DNA of 62,918 nt, the filler included, from Octopus bimaculoides (taxonomy: Eukaryota): NCBI RefSeq assembly GCF_001194135.2. It is 9 parts of 7 records of this genome, joined end to end, with 100 filler letters (N's around TTAATTAATTAA, not from the genome) between each part and the next. Parts side by side here need not be neighbours in the genome. Positions count along the whole stretch, not along the records: positions 50,375 to 52,378 come from NC_069009.1; positions 52,479 to 57,356 come from NC_069004.1; positions 57,457 to 61,405 come from NC_068985.1; positions 61,506 to 62,918 come from NC_068983.1; 5 more parts are not named here. One strand, 5' to 3'. The notes under the pieces are model-generated. The model was given only the letters and a program-made list of their open reading frames with translations, was not told the origin of the DNA and did not search any database. A program made the translations under genes and the position numbers. Positions 51,441-62,918 of this stretch are shown here, one piece after another. Positions within the stretch are counted from its first letter, which is position 1, and each line of letters starts with the position of its first letter.

Positions 51441-51820
51441 TGTATGTATATGTATGTATATATATCTACTTTGTAATAGCTTTTGAAAGCAGTGTTGGTT
51501 TTGTCCTCTCCTCCCGCTTCATATCTTTGATATTTTCTTCTTTCTTCCTCTCTTTCTCTCTCCCTGTCTTTCTTTCTCTTATTCTGTCTCTTACATGTGT
51601 GCATGTATGTGTATCTCTCTGTCTGTCTATATATTTCTTTTGTCCCTCTATGTATGTATCGATCTATCTATTTGTCCATCTGTCTACCCCTATATCTGTC
51701 TAACTCTCTATCTGTCTGTCTGTCTCTATCTTTCCATATATGTCCCAATATGTGAGTATGTGTATATGTATATATATATATATATATATATNNNNNNNNN
51801 NTATATATATATATATATAT

Positions 51821-51851
<31 letters not shown>

Positions 51852-51951
51852 TACACACACACATACAACCACACATGTACATATATACGGACGTGCGCAT
51901 GTGTTAGAATTAAATAATGAAATATTTTTGGATAACTTAATCATTTAGATA

Positions 51952-51982
<31 letters not shown>

Positions 51983-52321
51983 AATATAGGAAAAATTTAT
52001 AAATATATATAACGTATATAGTTTTACATACACACACACACACACACACACATATATATGCAGGTGTTGGAGTTATATTTGTTTAACAAGTGACTCCATC
52101 AGAACCCATGTGTTGAAAATGAAACTCTTACAAACCGACTGAGTCAAAGCCATTGAAGAACACAAGAGAAAGAAGAATCGGAAAAAGGAGAAGAAAAGAA
52201 AAAGATACAAGAACAAACCATTTCACTTGCTTTTCATTTATTTCGTGAAATGATGAATTAAAAGCTGTCTTTTGACTGTTCACATTGGTTGCAACAAATG
52301 ATCAAAATAGCATTGACACAC

Positions 52322-52356
<35 letters not shown>

Positions 52357-52478
52357 TGCATGTGTTTTATTGTTTACTNNNNNNNNNNNNNNNNNNNNNN
52401 NNNNNNNNNNNNNNNNNNNNNNTTAATTAATTAANNNNNNNNNNNNNNNNNNNNNNNNNNNNNNNNNNNNNNNNNNNN

Positions 52479-52534
<56 letters not shown>

Positions 52535-52814
52535 TTATACATATATATGCATATATATATATATGTATATGTATATATGAGAATATTTAGATGTAGGTAT
52601 CGCTTGTATATATGTCTGCTATTGTAATTGTTCGCCATAATTGCTTTTATACATTTACAGAATACAAAGACACACGCACGAGCAATGAAACAAGCAGATA
52701 AACGTACACATATATTTAGGCGTGTGTTCTTATGTATATGGTACACACACACACGTACACAAACACACACACGCACACACATATTTAGAGACACATGCCT
52801 GAATATATATGTAT

Positions 52815-52846
<32 letters not shown>

Positions 52847-54114
52847 GTGTGTCTGCACACGCGCGTGCGTGTGTATGTGTGTGTGTGTATGTATGTATAT
52901 GTATATATAAACGTTTCTATATATCTAAAAGGATGCATACACACACAGACACAGACACAGACACACATACATAAAACCAGGAAATAGATATAAACTGGAG
53001 GTTTTAGCTTAAGACGAAAGTTTCAGAGTGAAACCCAAAATAAGATTTTGCAGATCAATGATTAGAAATACACAAACAGAAATGAAAACGAAAATAAATA
53101 TAAAATATTCCTAAAATGGGAAAAAACGGAAACGAAAACGGGAGACCAAAAGAACTGTGAATGAAAAACTAAAATGAAAACTGAAGAAAATGGAAAATAA
53201 TAAAAATTTAAGTCTCAAAATCTATTTTTACTATAATAACTTTTCTCTCACACAATTTTAAAGTTTAATGAATCGATAGGTTTTTATGGAGAAGCGTAGA
53301 CACGAGGATTCTGGTTCAGTTCCGTTGTGCGCGGCTCCTTGGACAAGTGTCTTCTACAAATATTTCCGGACTAAGCAATTCCTCCTGCATCTTGCAGCTT
53401 ACCTGTGATGGACAGCGTCCCGTCCATGTGGGGAACCTATACGCCAATGGAACCGGGGTTTATAGAGAAAGTTCCATACTCTTCCAGAGTTGGAACAAAT
53501 ACCGCAAGGCATTTTTTTTTACCCAATACTCGAACGTTTCTGCTAATCTGTCCATAGCAGCTTCTCTCTCCTACGCTGGTTTGTATTAAAGGTTTCGGCA
53601 ATTATTTCCCATCTCCTTTTTGGTTGTGGTACTGTATCAGTTTACATTTAACAAGAATATTGAAGGTGACACGGAGATAATGACGACAATTATTGTCTAG
53701 TATTTGATTTCTAATTAACCTTGACTGCCATAGCAACAGCAGTTAGAAGCCATAAAGATCTTCTTGGCAACAAAATGAAAGTTGACACGTTACTTGAACT
53801 TCAATGACAACCAGACAGACAGAGCATCAACAAGGATGTGGTTGTGTGGGGAAAGGGTGGATTCTGTATAGTCACTGGATATGTTAGAAATAGCAGCAAA
53901 ATCCTCCTCTAATACCACATCACGCTCACTGTTTTCAAATAAAAAATGCGCAGAAAGGAGACAATAGATGATGTAGTTCTAGATCTCCCTTCAAATGACG
54001 TGATGGTCAAGGCTGGAGCTATTTTTAATCATAAACATGTCACCTTTCCACGACGAGCAACAGATTTAATATTGCCGTCGAGACTGTTGTTGACGAATCG
54101 TTCATACAACGCAT

Positions 54115-54168
<54 letters not shown>

Positions 54169-54812
54169 GGTGTCGAATTGTTTGACTAAGCGCTTCAAGA
54201 CGATGCTCCCGCATGGCCGCGGTTCAAATGACTGAAACGAGTCAAAGAGTTAAGCCGCAAAAGAATATGTAATAAAACAAAATTAACATAAGCGGGTTTA
54301 AAATACTTATTTGTAAAATAAACACAAGCGGATTTAGGTTAATTCTTCATAAATTGAAAAATGTCTAGACTGGACTATACCCCCTCATTTTTTTCTTTAT
54401 ATTTCTGCTTTATTTTAATCACATTTCCACCAACTTTATGCCACCGTATGATGATTAATATTCAAATTTTCATCCTAATGTATTCAGCCACACACTTCCT
54501 TTAAATTCAATAGCATCCTTTGTCGTATCGACCATAGTTTGTTTTCTTCACACACTCTTATTCAAGCTTGTAAACTGCGTATATTCTTTCTGTATTTTAT
54601 TTTCATACACTTCTCGAGTCGTTATACGTAATTACGTAGGTTTGTTTTCTGGTGTTTTATATACTCAATTTTTTTTATTCTTATAGTTATCTTTGTATTC
54701 CTGGCTATGAGTTTAAGCCGTATTCGGTAGTGGGGGCTTTGATCCGTGAGTTCTAGTGTCTTTGAAATGTGTGGCACCACTTTTCAGTCTTTTCGGTTCC
54801 TAGGTCTATTCT

Positions 54813-55094
54813 GATCCGGACGGTAGACGGACAATTTGTCGACAGACAGTTGGCCGACAGACAATTGACCGACAGACAATTAGCCAACAAACAACTTACA
54901 GACAGGACAATTGTGTGGTATGGTGCAGAGTCCTGTTGCCAGACATTGGGTGTTCCAGTAGCCACCCTCTTGACCCAGGGCAGCACAACCTCCTCCAGGC
55001 ACTTGATGCAGGCCTCTGTGTTAAACCTGTGGCCGTGTGGGAATTCTCTGTCGGCGAATTGTCTACCGATGAATTGTCTGCACACGGATCCGGA
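54813..55094. mobile_element. Small foldback-type element with 15-nt subterminal repeats enclosing a Tc1/mariner transposase fragment
   Basis: GATCCGGA at 54813-54820 and 55087-55094. Inverted arms are built of agacaattNNccgac units. Interior 54911-55040 (-) encodes PHGHRFNTEACIKCLEEVVLPWVKRVATGTPNVWQQDSAPYHT. Confidence 0.75.
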
Positions 55095-55270
55095 GTAGCT
55101 GCAGCTGTCAGTGTCCCAGCTATTGGATAATTAGCTTGCACACCAATGTACGTGACGCCTAATTCCGGCAAACTCTGCGGAAGAAACCTTCATGGCTCAA
55201 CAGAGAGTAAGGCGGCTGCTGCAACTGTGGAGTGTAAAGAGCAGGAAGAGGCGAGTGAGACAACTGGGTC

Positions 55271-55367
55271 GTCCACTGCATCCGTCTCCACTGCATCCGT
55301 CTCCACTGCATCCGTCTCCACTACATCCGTCTCCACTGCATCCGTCTTCACTGCATCCGTCTCCACT
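55271..55367 (+). repeat. 15-bp minisatellite (ccactgcatccgtct), about 6 copies
   Basis: Direct reading. Gives the STASV/LHPSP/ETDAV repeats in the ORF track. Confidence 0.9.
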
Positions 55368-55487
55368 CTCAGTCGTCTTGACCTGATCTTGTAACTTGGA
55401 TTGTCACGGACAAGAAAGTGAGCTCGACGGTGCACAAGTGTTCATCACTTTAAACAAAGACATCAAACATCCTTGAGGCTGGCTACA

Positions 55488-55541
55488 TGTTCCTCGTCGC
55501 TCCATGTTCCTCGTCGCTCCATGTTCCTCGTCGCTCCATGT
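55488..55541 (+). repeat. 17-bp tandem repeat (atgttcctcgtcgctcc) x3
   Basis: Direct reading. Confidence 0.85.
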
Positions 55542-56171
55542 TTCTACATGGATGCATTCATTTAGATTGAACTCCTGAATTACACAATCATGCTTGCGCC
55601 GATGCGTGTCTTTTTTCCCCCATTGAATTGCATTGTATAGTGAATACGGATATCTAAAGATCTAAATATATATTTGTGGTTATCGCTTTTGTAGATCACA
55701 GTATATGTAAGATTATATTTACCATCATAGAGCCACATTCTTTTAAAATCTACTTATTCAAGCTGTGCTCACGATATATGTATTTCTGTAATATTTTTTC
55801 TAAACATAATGAACTATTTTTTAAAGCCAGTATTCTAAATTTATCCTTCTCACTTACACACATCCACCACTAGCAAAACCTTCAACTCGAGCGAATTTTT
55901 ATGTAAATACGTGTTTTAAAATTATGCCACCTGCGGTTAATTGTAATTTAATTTATTTAAAATGTTCTAACCGAAGTAAACTTTTCTCTTTCATTTTGCC
56001 ATGCTACTACTATAATGTTCAACGATATTATATGCATCTGCTTTTTTTTTTCTTTTTCACCATGGCACTAGTTCTCTTAATTCTTTTAATAAACGGAAAT
56101 TAGAATTTATTTGAATTTTTGAATTCTTATTTCTATTTAAGTCATTTTACTGCTCTTTCTCATTTTATCGC

Positions 56172-56203
<32 letters not shown>

Positions 56204-56600
56204 AGTGTGTGTGCGTGCATGTGTGTGGCGGGTTTGTGTAATTGAGTAGGCCTTCAAGTTAATGTTTGTCATTATATATTACTATACATGAAAGCAAACA
56301 TTTTTATGTACGTACACATATATTTATACATGTGTACACACTCACACACAGTTATATATATTTATATATATATATTTGCTTAAGTATGTATATGTTTGTA
56401 TGTCATTGAGCAATTTTATTTCAAGATGAACATTATGTATGTATGTAAGTACTCTGTTTGCTTTTACGTATAGCAGTACATAAGACATATATTAAAACGA
56501 AACCTTACTCAGTGGTTTTCTGTAAAGTAATATAATTTAGTTTTAGATTGAAAATAAAAAGTAACTGTTAACAAATTTCCTTTGAAAAACAACGCAGGTA

Positions 56601-56646
56601 TGCTTACCTGTCTGCTTACCTGTCTGCTTACCTGTCTGCTTACCTA
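56601..56646 (+). repeat. 12-bp tandem repeat (tgcttacctgtc), 3 full copies plus a partial, grading into (CCTA)n
   Basis: Direct reading. Confidence 0.85.
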
Positions 56647-56978
56647 CCTACCTACCTACCTACCTGCCTACCTACTTACGTGCCTCTCAATCTACCGGGA
56701 ACGTCGCTAGATATGCTAAACCGTTTGTCAGTGAAAGACATAGTTGTCATTTCTGCTTTATGGAATCGTTAGAAGTCTTAAAATGCACGAGCGAGGTTAT
56801 TAATAGATTAGACAAACTAAAGATCAAATGACCACATTATACGGAAAAATACTTTTTTTGAACTTTGAACCGATTCTATAGGTCTTTCCTCCATGCTGGA
56901 TTAATATATGTAGACTTACAGGTATAAACCTTAATTATAAGATACATAAATTATCTTTATGTAGCATCAATACCATTA

Positions 56979-57140
56979 CTAGCGGTACCCATGAATATTT
57001 CACGGAATTAATGGTAAACTTATTGGGTTATTTCTGAAAACTTTATCCGAAAAAAATCTGAAAGCGTAACCTGTGTCGTATCAGAATCAAAAGTTAGTCT
57101 GCAAATCGTCTGCTAATCATTGAAAAGTGAAGGAAATTGA
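56979..57140 (-). mobile_element. Helitron 3' end
   Basis: Minus strand ends ccgtgaa-ata-ttcatgg (hairpin), gtaccg, CTAG|T. Confidence 0.5.
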
Positions 57141-57183
57141 AATACGATGATTACTTTATTATTATTATTATTATTATTATTAA

Positions 57184-57248
57184 GGTCACTGCTTGGAATC
57201 GAACTCGGAATCTCGGAATTAGTAGCCCGCGCTCTTAACCACTACACC

Positions 57249-57250
<2 letters not shown>
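57184..57250 (-). pseudogene. tRNA-like SINE head / tRNA pseudogene embedded in an (AAT)n array
   Basis: ggtgtagtggttaagagcgcgggctactaattccgagattccgagttcgattcc has A-box- and B-box-like motifs but no proper acceptor stem. Confidence 0.55.
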
Positions 57251-57290
<40 letters not shown>

Positions 57291-58869
57291 GTAATAATAA
57301 TAATAAAAACAATAACAACGACATCGAAAAATACCTTAGGAATAAGAACCCAGGTTNNNNNNNNNNNNNNNNNNNNNNNNNNNNNNNNNNNNNNNNNNNN
57401 TTAATTAATTAANNNNNNNNNNNNNNNNNNNNNNNNNNNNNNNNNNNNNNNNNNNNATATATATATATATATATATATATATAATGAAATAGACAAATGC
57501 TTAAATAATAACATAAAATTGTTTATATTTTGTCAAGATGTCAGTAGTTATGTCAGTTGTAACGGTATTGTTAGATGGAGTCAGTGGTCACCAGTTGTAA
57601 CGGTATGTATTGTGATAATTGTTGGTGTTGCAGATGCGCAAGATGAAAGAAGAAAAGAACTGATCGAAGTTGTAAACAACATTTATAATGCTATGCCTCG
57701 ACGGGCAGGTGTGTATCATATAAATGGAAAAGCGTGGTAAAGTGAGTTAATTTCTTCTTGTATAAGTGTGTACGCGTTCATGTAGTAGTAATAAAATGTT
57801 AGAAATAGGGTAATGTTGTGGAGAAGAGACGGTGAGCTAGTGAAAGTGAGAGAGTCGAGGGAAGTTATATGTCATATAGTGGCTGATTGTTTTTTTTTTT
57901 CTCCCTCTGGCAGTTTGTCTCAAGTGGCTGTCTGCCTGTGGCCATCTCTGGTGGTCTCCGTTCACTAAGAGATTTTGGTTACGGAGTTCTTGCATTTATA
58001 ACTATACAAAATTAGTTAGAAATATAGATATACTGCAAAGACAATGNNNNNNNNNNTGAATGTTATCTCAATTCCATTCTCCACCGCGTACAAGAGATTA
58101 GAAGGGTCGCGTGGCAAAGACATAAATCGGCTTGACAAAGCCACATGTTAAATGTGACTGCTGTCACTATTGTTTTCTGTGAGAAAAGTGCTGTTGAAAT
58201 ATTCAAGGAAATTTACTGATTCGGGATCGAATCTACTCTATGCCTAAATGAAGTCACTACACAGTTATGTATATCTTCTCCAGTTACTATTCCTGGGAGG
58301 GTTGTAGCATCTTCTCCTGGGAGGGTTGTAGCACTGGATACGAATCACTTTTCGTACGATCATGTGATCTTGCCCATTCATGAACAAAGCCTATAAATAG
58401 TCAATAAAGGTGCCAATTTTGCAGAGTGCTGCAGACGTCAGAGCCGGTATGACGTGCTGTACTCTCACCAGTTTTAGAGTGTCTTCGAATTACACTCTCT
58501 GTGGCTGTTCTAATGGCTGCACATTCAATCGGGGGTATCGAAGAAGACATGACACATCTGTATCTTTGCTTAATATGTCAGAACCAGCCCAAGGGCTAAA
58601 CTTCGAACAAACATTTTCCTTACATGTCATATTATGCTATTTCCATTAATTGTAATGCACGGACATCTTTTCATACTATTGCAGCACAATAAATTATGTT
58701 CAAATGCTTACGCGATGCTGTGAAATTACTACACGAATTTTCTATTGACTTGGTTTTATATGGGAACAACACACACCCTAAACAATACCCAGATACCTAT
58801 CAACCACAGTTACAGAATCATAGGGAGAGAATCGCCAGGTACATCCTTCATAGGGTCTGTCAGAAGCAG

Positions 58870-59851
58870 TCATCATTACACTTTGCGGCTGGATTCCCAA
58901 GCGCGATCAAATGAAACTATGGATATTATCCATGGCCTCTTTCTTGGCTTACGCTTATGTCTCTTGCTCGACTCTGTTGTGCAATTCTTTCTTGTGATAT
59001 TCTAATCACATGCCTGTAGTATCAGAACTGTGACCTCTCAATGCAGACAAATAACTGCTTAACCTGGAAAGACACCCTGACTTCCGAGTTACGCACCCAG
59101 TCGAGTAACAGTACTCTAGAGACCCTTCGAAAGAACTCTATCTCGGCCACTCGTACTCTTTCATGACCATAGGTGACGATAGGCATGAAAACCGAATTCA
59201 AGATAGCAACTTTTGCTTTTTAACAACCTCTCCTCTTTTGAGGGTTGAATGCTGAAGATGGCGCATTACTGTGCCAGCACCTGCAGTTCTAGCATCCAAT
59301 TCAGCCTTCTGCTTCCCATCACTTATGAATATAGCCTCGAGATACTTAAACTTTTCCATTTGTCTCAGTGATGTTCCATTAACACGCGGAGTGCACTGGG
59401 AAGATTTTCGTGAAAGGATCGATGTCTTAGCATTCGCAACACTAATTTTCATCTCTGCCTTGCAGCACTCGGCAACGAACCTATTCAGGGCATGCTGGTG
59501 ATCATCTTCAGATGAGCCAAAAAACACTCTGTCGTCTACAAATATCAGCCGACTGATTTTACACTCACCGAATGTGGTATCACTTCCACAATAGCTGCAC
59601 GTGTCAATCCAGTTCATAAAAGTTATTAAAAGGAGAGGTGACAATACGTATCATGCGAAAGTCCAATACCCACGTTGAAAGGTTTTGTCTTACCATCATT
59701 TACACTAACACAAACATATTGACATTCGTATAGGGACTTCATGGTAACTAGAAATTTCCTATTAATCTCAAACTGCTACAAAACCTCCCACAGTATGTCC
59801 TGCGATAGGCGGTCATAAGACTTTTTGAAGGCCCACAAAGCAAGCGTACAC
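58870..59851 (-). mobile_element. RTE-clade LINE, RT C-terminal part
   Basis: VYACFV, LSPLLLITFMNWI, LIFVDD (FADD-like), MKISVANAK, MEKFKYL, VFMPIVTYGHE. Confidence 0.85.
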
Positions 59852-60391
59852 TAGTGCTTAAGCTTGAGCTAATGACTGATATTTCTAGCGTTGAAGATCA
59901 ACAGTTGTACATAGAAGACGAGGAAATCTGTTGAGATTTTGACAACAAACTTTTATTATTTTTTTTCGTACAAAAGCAAAAGATAAATATTGTAAGTACA
60001 AACGACAAATGTTGAGAGAATTTGGATGTTATTGTTCTTGACGTAATTGGAATAGTATTCAAAAAGTTAACTGCTAGTCGTTGTGTTGCTGTTGTCGATA
60101 GTTCATTAGATTGATGTCAGCTCAGTTAGCAGCTGCCCACGTCTGTTCACTGTCCATCTGCGTGTCATCTTGCTGTCTATTATGTTCTCACTGCTACATG
60201 CCCAAGCTCTCTGTCTGGTAGTCATGACCTGTCGATTTAAAATCTATTGATGGGTTAGAAAGGAGCGCGCTAAAAGTTGAAGTTACCGCTGTAGCCTATT
60301 CCACGCGAGGTCGTGATTAATCAGGTTTTATTGATCACATGGGTAATATTCTAACGAATTGCGACATCGAGGGATTACTGAATATACCCGC

Positions 60392-60745
60392 TACACACCT
60401 TTTGGCAATATTACTACAATTTCTCAAAAACTTGCCTAAGATTGAATATTTGGTCGGTTGTGCTGCGTCTAGGACAGAAGTCACATTTCCCCCCAGCTAG
60501 CTTGGGTTCTACAGTTTCCCTACATCTCTTTTCCTGATGCCTAGCATAGACTTTGCTAGGGAGGCGCAACAAGGAAATTCCTCTACAATTAGAACACTGT
60601 CCCCTTGTCTCCCTTCGTAAAAATTGGGATTATCACTCCGGATTACCGTTGCGTTGATGTTTTTTCAAGAAGTTCAACCACCTGAGTAGTCAACAGAATA
60701 CCTTCTCTTTTGAATGCTTTTAGCATCTTAAGTCATATTTCAATC
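60392..60745 (-). mobile_element. RTE-clade LINE, RT N-terminal part (same element as 58870-59851, split by an insertion)
   Basis: SGVIIPIFTKGD...CSNCRGISLL.LPSKVYA...RRSTTDQIFNLRQVFEK joins VYACFV across the insertion. Confidence 0.82.
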
Positions 60746-61699
60746 GTTCCAATGAAATTAGATGTCGCGGTGAGCCGAAATACCAACAAATTTCTTCGAA
60801 AATTCCGCACGAAGAGACACAAAATTACGTTGGAAAATAACAATTACTGATTGGATGAAATTACTGTCGGATGCGTGTCATGAAAGTTGTGATGTTATAG
60901 TGTCTAATAAATACTTTCTCAATTTTTGCTACTAGTATTTCATCATTGGTTTTGTGTTCTATCCATGATATTCTCACAAGTCTTCTATATTCACACATCA
61001 GTGACCATGTGTCAGTTCCGTATAGTGCAGAGGGTCATACACAGCACCTTAATAATCTTTTCTGGTTTTGATATTTCTTGGTGTTAGTACGTTAGACATT
61101 TGTAGTAACGCCTGCGCATGCGTAGTCTTACGCATGCGTAAAATTAAACAAGCAAGCGTTTCCCGCTCAATTCATTCTCCTTCACGCTGGCCAGCGATTG
61201 AGCAAGGACGTGTGTTTAAAGCTGTCTCTACATCTTTCGGTCTTATACTCGACAGCTCGTTATTCTCACCTCTAAAGATGTATAACTAAAAGATATGTAT
61301 GTTTATCACCTAAATAAATGTTGTTTGAGTTGTTTAGTCTGGAGTTCAGCGTTCCGTCTATTTCTTTAATTTTATAGTAGAAAGTCAGGTATACAATCTA
61401 AAGACNNNNNNNNNNNNNNNNNNNNNNNNNNNNNNNNNNNNNNNNNNNNTTAATTAATTAANNNNNNNNNNNNNNNNNNNNNNNNNNNNNNNNNNNNNNN
61501 NNNNNTATATATATATGATTATTCTTTTAAAGAATTGCTAGAATGCTCTCACACAACCACTGTAGTTTCCTTGCATGTGGTAAACTTCCAAAAATGTTAA
61601 AAGAATGTATACTAAGAAATTCCCTCCTTTATACTCACACATATATTACAGCATTACAAATGAGTACTGAAACAACAGCTCAACCACTCAAATGTGGAT

Positions 61700-62820
61700 A
61701 TGTTATATCGCAACTTTACCAAGGCCTATGATAAAGCTGATCATTAGACGATATGTCACAAGCTTCATGACCTTGGTATCGCTTGAAAATTGGAATAGAT
61801 GTTGCATGACTTTGTGAAAGGCAGAAGTCAGACAGTTGTAGACAATGGTGCTTTCTCTGGGGAGACATCAATTTTTGGTAGAGTCCCTTAGGAAACTCTA
61901 CAGAGGCTACTATTGTTTAAAGGGGATCTCTCAGAAATGTCCTTAGCCATAGAGTCAGCCACTCTCACTAGCTATGCTGATGATACAAAAGTATCACAAG
62001 CAGTAAAGGACCCTAGTGACATCCTAAAACAGCAGGAGGACCTGATTGTAATATACAAGTGGGCCGATGAAAAGAGTATGCTGTTCAATTCTAAGAATTT
62101 TCAATCCACAAACAGACTACAGTTGAAATACACAGGACCAGGGGTTAGTACATTTTCAGAGTCAGAGTTAGTGCATGACCTGGGAATCTACATATAATGA
62201 TGTATATTTTCAAGATGACAACACTGTGCAGGGGAGTAGCTAGATGGATTTTGGGATCATTCAGAACCAGAAGAAAGGATATCATACTACTCCTATGGAG
62301 AGTTTTCATTCTCAGTCATCTGGATTACTGCTCCTAACTGAGGTCATCACAAAATATCAACCCTCTATCATAACTTGAAGTAATGCAGCACCACTACTTA
62401 AAGATTCACTCAGTGCTACAGATGAGTTACTGGGAGAAGATAAAGGAAATGAAGTTCTCCCTAGCGAGAAGGCATGATAGACATGAAGTGATATACTTAT
62501 GGAAGACCCTAGAAGGTCTAACTCCCAACTTTGGAATTGAAAGATTTGCAAACCAGCGAAATGGATGGCATAACATAATGCCAAGGATCCCATCTTGTCT
62601 ATCTCAAATAAGGATCCAGTATTGTGACAGCTTTAGTTTTAGGGGTCTACAACTATTCAACACTCTGCCAAACAACCTCAGAGATTTGTGAGGAGATGTA
62701 GAAGCCTTCAAAAATGTCTGGACAAATTTTTATCTGAGATATAAGTTGAACCCACATCACAGCAGGTGGAACAAAGAAGAGCAGTTCTGTTCAACTCGTT
62801 AACTAACCAGAAACAATGCA
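61700..62820 (+). mobile_element. Degenerate CR1/L2-group LINE RT and 3' end
   Basis: FTKAYDKADH, LTSYADDTKV...QEDLIVIYKWA...MLFNSKNFQ, VHDLGI, RRHDRHEVIYLWKTLEG, RGLQLFNTLPNNLRDL. Confidence 0.85.
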
Positions 62821-62918
62821 GAAAAAAACCCAAATCACACTAAAAAACAGTGCTCCAGTTACAGATAATAGGTAATATATTTACATGTATGTATGTATAT
62901 ATATATATATATATATAT

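Noticed and set aside
50375-52378. ~200-bp near-identical duplication (50375-50580 and 52177-52378)
   Set aside because: Both copies touch gaps and differ by about one base, so this is probably a haplotype or assembly redundancy. Long reads would settle it.
54821-55367. CRISPR-like array in the 15-nt repeats
   Set aside because: The repeats are contiguous with no unique spacers, the context is eukaryotic and there are no cas genes.
57184-57250. Functional tRNA gene
   Set aside because: There is no 7-bp acceptor stem and the T and anticodon stems are imperfect, so it is treated as a SINE head or pseudogene.

Overview
AT-rich animal genomic DNA with many microsatellites, SINEs and assembly gaps. 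The repeat families suggest an octopus/cephalopod draft scaffold (inference). The only host gene I can support is the 3' two-thirds of AMFR/gp78, an ERAD E3 ubiquitin ligase, on the minus strand. It has nine phase-consistent GT-AG exons between 526 and 15040 (about 462 codons) covering the last TM segments, RING-H2, CUE, G2BR and the C-terminal VCP-interacting motif. I could not find its 5' exons; they may lie in a gap or outside the window. The remaining ~45 kb is mostly decayed mobile DNA: two kinds of Penelope-like element, Tx1-, R4/Dong-, RTE- and CR1-type LINEs, Helitron pieces, a mariner fragment packed inside a foldback-type element, MITEs and several tRNA-derived SINE families. I found no CRISPR array, rRNA or intact tRNA. 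I found no convincing novel multi-gene system. The best leads are a possible in-frame cassette or recursive-splice exon in AMFR, inverted SINE pairs flanking the RING exons, the captured mariner fragment, the atypical Penelope RT, a CpG transition near 20.2 kb and an orphan 75-nt exon candidate. TE boundaries are approximate, and all family assignments come from motif recognition by eye, not database searches.
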